A stretch of DNA of 64,000 nucleotides, taken from the NCBI GenBank assembly GCA_032718475.1, contig JAUCBJ010002263.1, forward strand, positions 28,565 to 92,564. The letters are read 5' to 3'. Of the stretch, positions 48,830 through 57,980 are shown one piece after another. The notes beneath the pieces were generated by a model that was not told the DNA's origin, ran no database searches, and worked only from the letters and a program-made list of their open reading frames with translations. The position numbers were made by a program, and so were the translations under genes. The stretch comes from Nemertoderma westbladi (lineage: Eukaryota > Animalia > Xenacoelomorpha). Position 1 is the stretch's first letter. Every line of letters begins with the position of its first letter.

Positions 48830-48979
48830 TTATTTGAACTGGAAGCCACCGGGTGGGGGAATGCCGGCGTTTGGGTCGAATTGGAAGCCATGGGCGTTCT
48901 GGCCAGCGTCGCCATCCTCGTTCTCGGCGTCAGCACTAAAGTACTGGTCTATAATCTCGTAGGCGAGTTTGTAGATATC
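48830..48979 (-). CDS. KPNA3: Last coding exon of importin alpha (alpha-3/alpha-4 subfamily, KPNA3/KPNA4-like)
   Basis: TCCATTCTCTACCAG acceptor, then DIYKLAYEIIDQYFSADAENEDGDAGQNAHGFQFDPNAGIPPPGGFQFK*, matching the known importin-alpha-3/4 C-terminus. Not in the ORF track. Confidence 0.88.
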   Translation of the reverse strand, partial: DIYKLAYEIIDQYFSADAENEDGDAGQNAHGFQFDPNAGIPPPGGFQFK

Positions 48980-49295
48980 CTGGTAGAGAATGGATTAAAT
49001 ACGCAATTATTGTGTATGTAAAAAAAACACTATCTACCTTAAGAAAATAGTAAATACCATTGAAAACACTAGCTACCATAAATATTTAACTTTCCAAAAT
49101 ATGTTCCAAGAACATGAATCAATACCCAAAAACAGGATTTCATAGTATTTTTTTGGTATTATCAAGGCCATCGTAATACTCACTACATTCTAGAATACCT
49201 CAATCAGCTGATATAAGAAGTCATACTTTTTGGCATTTTATTATACCAATATAGTACAATACCAATATTTCAATTGAGTTAATAGGGCTGACGAA

Positions 49296-49790
49296 AGTAG
49301 TAGAGGTTTGGGCGGCTTTGCTAGTTAGACTTAACTGACTGACTCCAGACTGTCTGGGTGACACCTCCTAATTAGGCTAATTAGACCCTAATTGACAGGT
49401 GTCATCAATTAATTAGTACAATTAAACCCTAATAGGTGTCTTATGACTCCTAATTAGGGTTTAATTGATTATCCTAATTAATCAATCCGATACGCAATGG
49501 TGTCAGTGAAGTCTAACTGTCGCAAAGAGGACCAAAGGGTGTCATAAGTGATACCATAGCTCTTTTATTTATTAATAATTATTTATTTGTATTTAATTTT
49601 AATTTATTTATTGGTACTTTTTTAATTGTACTTAACTTTAAATTAATTAATTGTATTACTTTTACTTTATATATTGACTTCTATTTTAATATTAATTAGT
49701 TTTTATATTACTTACCATTGCTAAATGACATCACTATGACATAATGTCTATATTTAGCTCTATGGTATACAGCTCCCTTACTGGTAACTA
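49296..49790 (+). repeat. Left terminal inverted repeat of Polinton
   Basis: 49428-49790 is the imperfect reverse complement of 63596-64000; AGTAGT terminus. Confidence 0.8.
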
Positions 49791-50542
49791 ATTAGGCTCT
49801 ATGGCATCCTACCCTTTGTTGTCGTTATTGAATGGCGCCACTCTGGCTACCATTGAGAACATTGGGCAAACTTTATCTCGCCTCGTATGACGTCATCAAA
49901 GCTGCTCTCTGATTGGATTAATTATACATTCTTTTCTCCCTCCTATCCCCTGATTGGCTATCCCATTCTATCCCCTCTATAATAGCCACCCGTTCACCAT
50001 TCCCAGTTTCCATTCCCAATTCCCATTCATTATCTCATTGTATTCTTGAAAAGTTTTAGTTATTTTCTTAAAAGTATTTATTTATTTTTATTTCCTAAAC
50101 GAGTTACCGGTATACATTCACGATGGCACATTCAGAAATCAGCTATTCAAACAACGATTTGGTTTACAGCGAAAATCAGTTTATGCTACTAGACAACTCG
50201 TTTGGCCTCTATTTCGATTTGGTGAACAAACTTTATTTAATAAAAACTGTTCTGACTATATCTTTTGTTATTGTTGATGTTCTTATATTATTTATTATTA
50301 ATGTTGTTGGTAAATTATTTCTCCGTTGTTGTTATATTATTTAATATTGATGTTGTTGGTAAATTATTTATTCTTGTTTCCCCATATTGTTTAAAAAATA
50401 TAAGATGTTTAACCGGTTATTTTTCATTTTTTTTCTCTACGATAATACATTATAATATTTATGATATATAACACACTCAATAATGAATATAAAACACTTA
50501 ACAAGTAACATATAATATAATATAATTTATAAAAATTAAAGT

Positions 50543-50963
50543 TTAGATTTTTTCCTTCAACCAGCAGGCAAGCAATCTCTCATTTTTATTTAAATCTTCC
50601 CCAAAAAAATTTAATGGAGTAGAAGTTTTCCCTCTTTCGCATAAATAAAATAAACAATAACCCCCACAACTAGTTCGCAGCGGATGTTGAACAATCTGCC
50701 TCATTCTAAACCACTTTTTAGTATTACGTAGCAACCAGTCCTCGATTTGCGGGGATGGATATCGCGCGAATGAATCAAAATATTCACCACGGTCACAGTC
50801 TACGAAAATTGCAACCCAATGCATCCCGGGTAAATGAGCCGCTTGAGTATTTGATATGAAACTCATTTTTTTATTCTGCTTATTGGGTATGCGATTTATA
50901 GGAAAAGACCCCTGATAATGTTCCCCTAAGGGGAAATTGTTTAAATCGTTAAGAGTTTAACAT
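50543..50963 (-). CDS. Adenain-like cysteine protease (frameshift just after ATG at 50963)
   Basis: NT..PGMHWVAIF..EYFDSF..Q..TSCGGYCLFYL. Confidence 0.88.
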
Positions 50964-51011
50964 TTTCTAGAAATTGATTTACATTTGTTTGCTTCACTCT
51001 TTCAAATTATT

Positions 51012-52167
51012 CTAGAATATTGATACTGCCCCACTTTCACTAATATTTATCGTTCTATCGTATGCCGCCCACATTATAACATTTATTGTAGCTCCTAATG
51101 CATGACCAAATGAAATTTCAAGCCTCGCGTTCCCAAAACGATGCATTGGTCTTTCATCATCATCCAGATGACCACTAGGCGAAAGATTCCAGATAACGAA
51201 AGGATAACGATCTCGAATTAGGCTTATAGGTTATTCCTCCGAGAACTTTGCCATCTAGTGTCAACTGTAGGTAATTACAACGGAAATGCTTAAACATTAA
51301 CGAATTTCTTAATAAGTTACCATTATAGGTGTCATTGCGAACGAGGGCAATAACTACAAAATGGAGAAGGTTCTTATTGGTAAATAAATTTTCTCTAACA
51401 ATCGAACGCTGCCCATTGGCAATAGTAAACGAGGTCACTTCATTCTGAATAATAGGATAAACGAAATTGCTGATTTTGAGTTGAGTAGTGTGTTGCTCAC
51501 GTAAATGGGAATCTAGTTTCGCTCGTTTTATTTTCAGTTTAGCATTTGATATTAGTATATGAGGTCTAACCACATTAGCCAGGCACACTAGATTAAATTC
51601 ATTAACTACCCCAGTCAACCTTATTTTTATACTGGTTTTTGGAGGTAAAAATCGTAATTGGTTGAAAAGATCAATATAAAGTCTACCCTGAACATGATAT
51701 TGTCTGCTTTGTAAATCTTCCGCTGCTGCAAATTCCACCGGGAGACACGCCTCATCTTGCTCGCCATAACCCGCGGCAGCTAATATTGTTGATTTGGTAA
51801 CAGTATCATTCAATAATACACTATTCAAAAATGCTTTATATGCATAATTTGAGGTATTACTCTCTATTTCACGCTCATTAATCAAAACACTAATATTAGA
51901 GAAGAGTGTTGCGAGACTTAGCAGCGTTTGATTTATTGCAGCATTGTTTGGGCGCGCCGTTGTTACAACTCGATATACTAATTCTAAAATTGTTTCTTGG
52001 GCTACAGTATAATGATCTTCTGACCTCTCAATTAAAAAATCAATTATTGAAGTACCCTCCCCAAGCATTGTAATTGGGAAAACGTCATGCTCAAAACATT
52101 CTTCTATCGCATCCTGTGAATCGATACTACTAAATAGATTAAGTTCCTCATTGACAAAATCCTCCAT
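51012..52167 (-). pseudogene. Major capsid protein (double jelly-roll), internal deletion/frameshift near 51220
   Basis: ELNLF, TLFSNISVLINE, YAYKAFL, GRLYIDLFNQLRFLP; C-terminus WNLSP..GNARLEISFGHAL..INVIMWA lies in another frame. Confidence 0.8.
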
Positions 52168-52206
52168 TTTGCCGATTAACTAGCTAAAAATATTGCGACA
52201 AATCCG

Positions 52207-52710
52207 TCATTTCCTTTTTTTAGGTTGTCCGTTTATAGACTGCTTCTGTTCACTATTTAATACTTCCGCCATAATTTTGTTTGCTACTTCCCTGGTCGAC
52301 GGTTTAGAACGCGCTAAAGCCTGATTTATTAATTTCTTCCCCATTTTTTTAAACTGGGGAACCCCCTTTTGTATTGCTTGTTTAAGAATTTTCCTCCCAG
52401 CTCTTTTGGACAATGGAACCCCCCGTCGAAGGGCAATACGCGCCACGGGTTTAATCACCTTCGGTACTACTCTGGTCGCGATTCGCAATATATTTCCCAA
52501 TATTCCCTTTCCTCTCTGGCCGTGTCTAGCGAATACAGTTCTAGAATTTAGATAGCGTGGTCTATAGCCACCCCTAAAATAGGGTAAACCACCAACCTTT
52601 TCTCTTTTCACTCTCTGATTCATTGTACACCCTGGCCCACTGCTATATAGACCACCTCGAGACGCGTGAGTCGAGTGAGAGCCCAAACTCAAATTACAAC
52701 AAGTTTTCAT
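52207..52710 (-). CDS. Basic virion core/membrane-lytic-type protein
   Basis: R/K-rich; YFRGG..QRGKG|ILGNILRIA amphipathic segment; position just upstream of the MCP. Confidence 0.55.
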   Translation of the reverse strand: MKTCCNLSLGSHSTHASRGGLYSSGPGCTMNQRVKREKVGGLPYFRGGYRPRYLNSRTVFARHGQRGKGILGNILRIATRVVPKVIKPVARIALRRGVPLSKRAGRKILKQAIQKGVPQFKKMGKKLINQALARSKPSTREVANKIMAEVLNSEQKQSINGQPKKRK

Positions 52711-52739
52711 TTTTGCGAATATGTTTCAAATAAATTTCC

Positions 52740-53553
52740 GATTATTGATTTTTTAAGATTAATGTTACAATCACCGTGCCACTATTAAATTTTATATTTT
52801 CATTTTGATCGTCTTTCAATTCTATGTTTATTAACTCGATATTATGAAGAGCAATAGGTTTATAATTAATTTTTGTAAATTCCTTTGAATTAATTGTCCA
52901 CAGCTTCCCTCATATGCAACACTTCTCAAAAGCGGTTTAAGTTGATTACCTACTATGCTATTGGCACATATATTGGAATAAACATTTATATTGATCATGA
53001 CAAAGTGGACCGGGTTACGAATAATTAGAGGCTCCATTAACTCTGTCACATCAACGCGAGTTATCTGTAGATAGTCTCTAGTTTTTATTATACGTAACAT
53101 ATTTTTATTAATGTAGTATTCACTCTCTAAACCTTTTAAACCTAGCAACTCGATAAGTTTATTTCCATGGAACCTAATTTTTTGTGTATTCTTGAGCATC
53201 TGAATAGTAATATTATTATGTATTTCGCTATATTCTAGCGATAAAAAATCTCCAATTCGTGTTGTATGCTTTAGTTGATTAATCATAACCTCAATGTCGC
53301 TATAGCAACCACCCGGAAGCATAAATTCACGCTTAGTTCGACTACTATTCCACAGCGTAATTTTTACATTTTCCAGATTATGAACTGAAGCAGAGTATAT
53401 TAATTCGGATAATCCAATAAACCATTCTCCTTTTAACCGCAAGGGGGCAGCGAGCTCTACGTTGAAATTGGATGCAGTATTTAATGGGAAACGACCCGGA
53501 GAACTGTTTGAAGGTAAATATAATATTTTATACATTACTATTATTATTTTCAC
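52740..53553 (-). CDS. Minor capsid (penton) protein, copy 2; frameshift near C-terminus
   Basis: LPSNSS..FPLNTASNFNVELAAPLRLKGEWFIGLSEL; NVYSNI..IVGNQLKPLLR. Confidence 0.75.
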
Positions 53554-54373
53554 TTCGTAAATGAAGGGTAATTAAAGTTGTTCCACCATTAAATAATAAT
53601 AATTCTCCCTTTTCGTTACGTATTTCAATATGTATCATCTGATTGATATAAGTTTTCGCTACTTTCTTATAATATATTTTCTTAAATTCTCTAGTAATAT
53701 GATGCGATTGCTCCAATGTAATAGGTAGGGTTCTTAGTAAAGGAGCGGTTGTATTACCAATTATGCCATAAGTAACTATATCACTATAAATAAACAGATT
53801 TTCTCTACCTCTGGTTAAATTGCAGGGAAAAGGACAAATCAAGTTTATGAACCCTCTACGTCTTTCATGTTTTTGCTTGAGCGAAAGAATCCCTAGAGGC
53901 GATAATGAAATATCAAAATTTCTATACCATAAATCTAACTTTTCTCTGTTTTCATCCACGTTAACCAATCGATCCAAGCCTAATATTATCTTTAGGTCAC
54001 CACTTATTTCAAATAAAAAGCGTGGCGGCAATCTTAGTATCACTTGATTTGAACACTTTAAATAAATTAATTCTGGTAGGGAGGGGTGATCATTTTCTCT
54101 ATTTATTCGATCCACTATAGCTTCTATGCTCCCATATAAACCCGGCATGAAATTTATTATAGTTGACTGATGAATATCTCGATAAACAATAAATTGAGAT
54201 TCTTCGACTAAATTATAGAAAGAACTAGAATACTGTATCTCGCTCAGCCCCACTTCCATGTTTTCACTCAGAATTAACGTATATGGTAAGTCATTTGTAA
54301 ATTTGGCCAATGTATTCCCTGGAAACTTTTCAGTTGGCCCATTACAGAATAGGCTTATATAAGTATCCATCAT
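53528..54373 (-). CDS. Minor capsid (penton) protein, copy 1
   Basis: FPGNTLAKFTNDLP..EVGLSEI; FIYSDIV..IIGNTTAPLLR..IEIRNEKG..TLHLR. Confidence 0.78.
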   Translation of the reverse strand: MMDTYISLFCNGPTEKFPGNTLAKFTNDLPYTLILSENMEVGLSEIQYSSSFYNLVEESQFIVYRDIHQSTIINFMPGLYGSIEAIVDRINRENDHPSLPELIYLKCSNQVILRLPPRFLFEISGDLKIILGLDRLVNVDENREKLDLWYRNFDISLSPLGILSLKQKHERRRGFINLICPFPCNLTRGRENLFIYSDIVTYGIIGNTTAPLLRTLPITLEQSHHITREFKKIYYKKVAKTYINQMIHIEIRNEKGELLLFNGGTTLITLHLRSENNNSNV

Positions 54374-54376
54374 TAT

Positions 54377-55078
54377 CTATTTCCGTAGTTGAGGTACTTT
54401 ATCCTCATTTGTTTTATTTACATGTAATGGTGCCATACCAATTGAACGATGTTTCGATTTATTATAGGCTACTAGTATTTCCGGCAATATTTTAAGCCAT
54501 TTAAAATTTTTGCGTCGATTAAATATTTTGAACATTTTCGTTTTCAGAGTTCTATTAAATCTTTCGCAGATTGCAGCCTTAAATTGAGACCGGGTTGTAT
54601 AGTACCTCACCTTTTTTAGTTTCAAATAATCCAAAACCAGTTTATTATCAAATTCCAAGCCTTGATGATCTGTACACAAATTTCTAGGTGTTTCATCATT
54701 AAATATTGTTTCTAGAACACGCTTAATTTCTTTTCCCGTTTTTCGTTTCAGGGATAAAGCCCATCCACGCTTACTAAAGCAGTTTATTGCAGTCAAAATA
54801 TATCCATAATCAGAATTTGTTTCCCGATGTTGTTGCATATCAATCAGATCCGCTTGAATTGTGTCGCTTATACCATAAAAATACATGCGACTCGTGGGGA
54901 AATGTTTTCGCGCCGGTGCATGTAGAGTGTAATTAGATTCACCTTGCAACCATTTTTTGACTATAGCTGGTTTGATTTTTGTTGCAGTACTTAGTTTTTT
55001 TTTACTTGAAAATCCCGCAACATTTGAAACGCTGTAGTAAATTTTGCGTAACTTGCAGTCCACAATCTTGCTCGTCAT
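54377..55078 (-). CDS. Retroviral-like (rve) integrase, C-terminally short
   Basis: YTLHAPARKHFP, QADLIDM, TD..GLEF, ERFNRTLK, YNKSKHRSIGMAP. Confidence 0.9.
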   Translation of the reverse strand: MTSKIVDCKLRKIYYSVSNVAGFSSKKKLSTATKIKPAIVKKWLQGESNYTLHAPARKHFPTSRMYFYGISDTIQADLIDMQQHRETNSDYGYILTAINCFSKRGWALSLKRKTGKEIKRVLETIFNDETPRNLCTDHQGLEFDNKLVLDYLKLKKVRYYTTRSQFKAAICERFNRTLKTKMFKIFNRRKNFKWLKILPEILVAYNKSKHRSIGMAPLHVNKTNEDKVPQLRK

Positions 55079-55153
55079 AGCTATTACTAACTGTTCTAGA
55101 ATTACATGGACAATGAAGGTTACAGGTTACCGTTAATCTTTTTATCCATGATA

Positions 55154-55354
55154 TTATATATATCTACTCTTTCGGGTATAATCGAACAACCTCAACACCC
55201 TTCCTTTTCTTTCGTTTATTGTTTGCCTATTTTGACTTTTTATGTCCGTTCTTTTTTTGGTTGTTTTTATTTTTTGGGAAAATGGAGTTGTTTTTGACTT
55301 TATTATATTATATTGTTCGGGTGTTACTAAATATAATTTTTTAAAAGACATCAC
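55154..55354 (-). CDS. Small basic Polinton ORF, possibly a truncated gene
   Basis: MSFKKLYLVTPEQY start overlapping the upstream stop; position within the co-oriented gene run. Confidence 0.35.
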   Translation of the reverse strand: MMSFKKLYLVTPEQYNIIKSKTTPFSQKIKTTKKRTDIKSQNRQTINERKGRVLRLFDYTRKSRYI

Positions 55355-55794
55355 ATAAGCGCGGTAGCTACGGTTGTTGCGATTTCTGTGGCACCAAGCA
55401 ACAGGGGCAATAAAAGTGGCAAAAATCCGCCAAATTGAGATAGTGTTTTACGTTGAAAGGTTAATGATTTTTTTGCTTTCAGTTTACGCATATTCTTTTT
55501 AAAGGGTGCTAATTTCTTTAAAATTCGATTATTGATATGCAAATTTCCGAATAGAGTATTTAGAGTCACATTAACAAGAAGGCGAATCAACTCATTGCTT
55601 GCTTTATGTCGTATAAAAAATCCTCTTGCAACCGCGCTACTATTTCTCAGGAATGTTAATTCTTTCCTATGTTTTCGTATATTGAGATCCATAACTGCTC
55701 CAGAATACGCATAACAAGAATAATTTTTTTGGTATAGTACAACAAATAAAGATAAACTATTATAAAATAGCAGACAAATTGGCAACAATAACAT
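55351..55794 (-). CDS. Small basic protein with adenovirus pX-like GG|FLPLL hydrophobic tail (likely start ATG 55692)
   Basis: QFGGFLPLLLPLLLG resembles the adenain cleavage site plus hydrophobic helix of adenovirus pX. Confidence 0.6.
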   Translation of the reverse strand: MLLLPICLLFYNSLSLFVVLYQKNYSCYAYSGAVMDLNIRKHRKELTFLRNSSAVARGFFIRHKASNELIRLLVNVTLNTLFGNLHINNRILKKLAPFKKNMRKLKAKKSLTFQRKTLSQFGGFLPLLLPLLLGATEIATTVATALM

Positions 55795-55805
55795 TTTTAC
55801 GAATA

Positions 55806-56480
55806 TTACAAAGGCTGATAAACACAGTGTTCCATCGTGAATAGATTAGCCCTTATCCGCAGATTTTCTGGAGTCTGTTGATGAAAGTTGATTAAAAGCG
55901 GATTGAATGCTTGCTGTGTAACATCGTGGTAAGCGCTAATTAAAAATTTTGGATTATTTGGGTTCATCTGATAGGCTAAGGTTCTGATCTGCGTTAAATC
56001 ACGCGGATTCTTAAATAGTAAAAAATAGGTAGAGTTAATAGATCGAGTACGTGCTTCCCCTCCTTTCTGAAATAGGTTTTGCGTTAAAAAAATAACAAAA
56101 GAATGCGTATGGCGCGCGACTTTGGTAAATAAAATTGTTGTTTGCTTTGAATTCTCTAGCTCAGACATTAAATCATCGAATATAATCACACTCTGTCTTT
56201 TTACATTTTGATTAAAGTGTTCCGGAATTTCATTTAAGGTAGTAATATTGACACCTTCCACAATCGGTTTAGTTTGCCCATATATCCAAATAATCTCTGA
56301 TGGTTGCGCGTCAAAAATTTGCTTGCTATTATGTAATATTTGCTCCAAATATGTAGGTTTACCACTGCCAGAAGGGCCAGCCATTAACATTGTGGCACCA
56401 AACCTAAACCGCACATCTATAGGCCCACTCATTATTATAGTGTAGTTCGATCCAATAAGGACTGACTTGAAGATTAACAT
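55806..56480 (-). CDS. A32/FtsK-like genome packaging ATPase
   Basis: Walker A GPSGSGK, Walker B IIFDDLM, ARH..IFLTQNLF, LFKNPRD. Confidence 0.92.
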   Translation of the reverse strand: MLIFKSVLIGSNYTIIMSGPIDVRFRFGATMLMAGPSGSGKPTYLEQILHNSKQIFDAQPSEIIWIYGQTKPIVEGVNITTLNEIPEHFNQNVKRQSVIIFDDLMSELENSKQTTILFTKVARHTHSFVIFLTQNLFQKGGEARTRSINSTYFLLFKNPRDLTQIRTLAYQMNPNNPKFLISAYHDVTQQAFNPLLINFHQQTPENLRIRANLFTMEHCVYQPL

Positions 56481-56619
56481 TTATTTAGTAAGAATAAGAA
56501 CAATTAACAGCTCGTATATTGTAATTTATTGCTCATGTAATGCAATATAACTCGAATATTTCTGTTTTTTATATTATAAATAATAATTGTAGCATAAATT
56601 TATAATTTAACATAAATAT

Positions 56620-57410
56620 AATGTGAAAATTCACTTTAACATAGAGTAACTAAACTAAACATGAAATAGGATAAACAGATGGTCATAGGTTCGACCCGTA
56701 CTCGTGTCCGTTTTATGAAAAATATAAAAAGTAAACATAGAATAACTAGAGTAACTAAACTAAACATAAAATAGGATAAACAGGTGGTCACATGTTCGAC
56801 CCCTTCTCGTATCCCGTTTTATGGAAAAATATAAAAAGTAAACACAAAATAGGATAAACAGATGGTCACGGGTTCAATCCCTACTCGCGACCGATATAAA
56901 ACCAACACAAAATAAATTAAACATAGAATAACTAGAGTACCTAAACTAAACACAAAATAGGATAAACAAATGGTCACAGGTTCGATCCCTAGGCGTATCC
57001 CGTTTTATGGAAAATAAACAGGTCATAGGTTCAATCCCTACTCGCGACCATTATAAAACCAACACAAAATAAGTTAAACCAGGGTTCGAATCCTAGAGAT
57101 GAAAATATAAAAAGTAAACATAGAATAACTAGACTAAACTAAACATAAATTAGGAAAACATATGGTCATGGGTTCAATCCCTACTCGTATCCGTTTTATG
57201 GGAATTATATAAAGTAGACACAAAATATGAAAAACAGCTGGTCACGGGTTCAAGCCCTACTCGCGACCATTATAAAACCAACACAAAATAAGTTAAACCA
57301 GGGTTCGAGTCCTACTAATGCAATTATAAAAAGTAGGTAACACGGATGGTCATGGATTCAAACCCTACTCACGGAAAAATAAAAACCAACACAAAATAAA
57401 TAATATAGTA
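56620..57410 (+). repeat. Irregular tandem array with ten tRNA T-arm/B-box-like motifs
   Basis: GGTCAYRGGTTCRAYCCCTACTCG-like units at ~56681, 56786, 56864, 56972, 57021, 57082, 57164, 57240, 57301, 57348, separated by A-rich spacers. Confidence 0.8.
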
Positions 57411-57437
57411 AACTTTCATGTATACCATAGTAAATAA

Positions 57438-57955
57438 CTAATTTAATAATAAAGTTTGTAAAATAGATAATGATAGGGGGAATTCACCGGCAGGACACAT
57501 GGAAACGATTTTATTACTATGAAATATACTGAAATATGCACGTCCTATATTTATTCTAATCGCGCAAAATAATTCGGGGGGGGGGGGGGGGGGTATAGCT
57601 AATAAATATTGCTTTATTATTAATTGTATGATGTCCACATTTTTTCATTAATAATTTAAAATTAACACTTGGAAAAATAATAGTTCGTGTTTCGGATTAA
57701 GTTTCAAATTTTGTAATTGCATACCAATAGTCTGTTTTAAATAAAGCAATTCACTAGCTAAATTATTGCAAAGGCCTACAATTGTTACTGCACCGCTGGG
57801 AAATAGCATTATAGTTGAATCATCACCTTTGTAGATAAACATGTTTGGTTTTAAGCAACTTTGACCTATAATTTGCTGTGAAATTTTCTCTAGTTCAAAT
57901 TTGCCAATGTTTTTTTCCGGTAAACTATTTATTGGTTATTTCTATTTTGTTGCTC
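57438..57955 (-). pseudogene. TATA-binding-protein-fold (TBP-like) ORF, frameshifted
   Basis: Two TBP-like half repeats: KPNMFIYK..TIMLFPSGAVTIVG and ISYTP(polyC)ELFCAIRI..AYFSIFHSNKIV. Confidence 0.5.
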
Positions 57956-57980
57956 AATTTCTTATTCTAGAAAAATAAAA

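Noticed and set aside
48695-49021. 108-aa plus-strand ORF with a hydrophobic segment
   Set aside because: Antisense shadow of the importin-alpha exon.
56620-57410. CRISPR array or true tRNA gene cluster
   Set aside because: The spacers are themselves repeated, and the units lack D arm, anticodon arm and acceptor stem.
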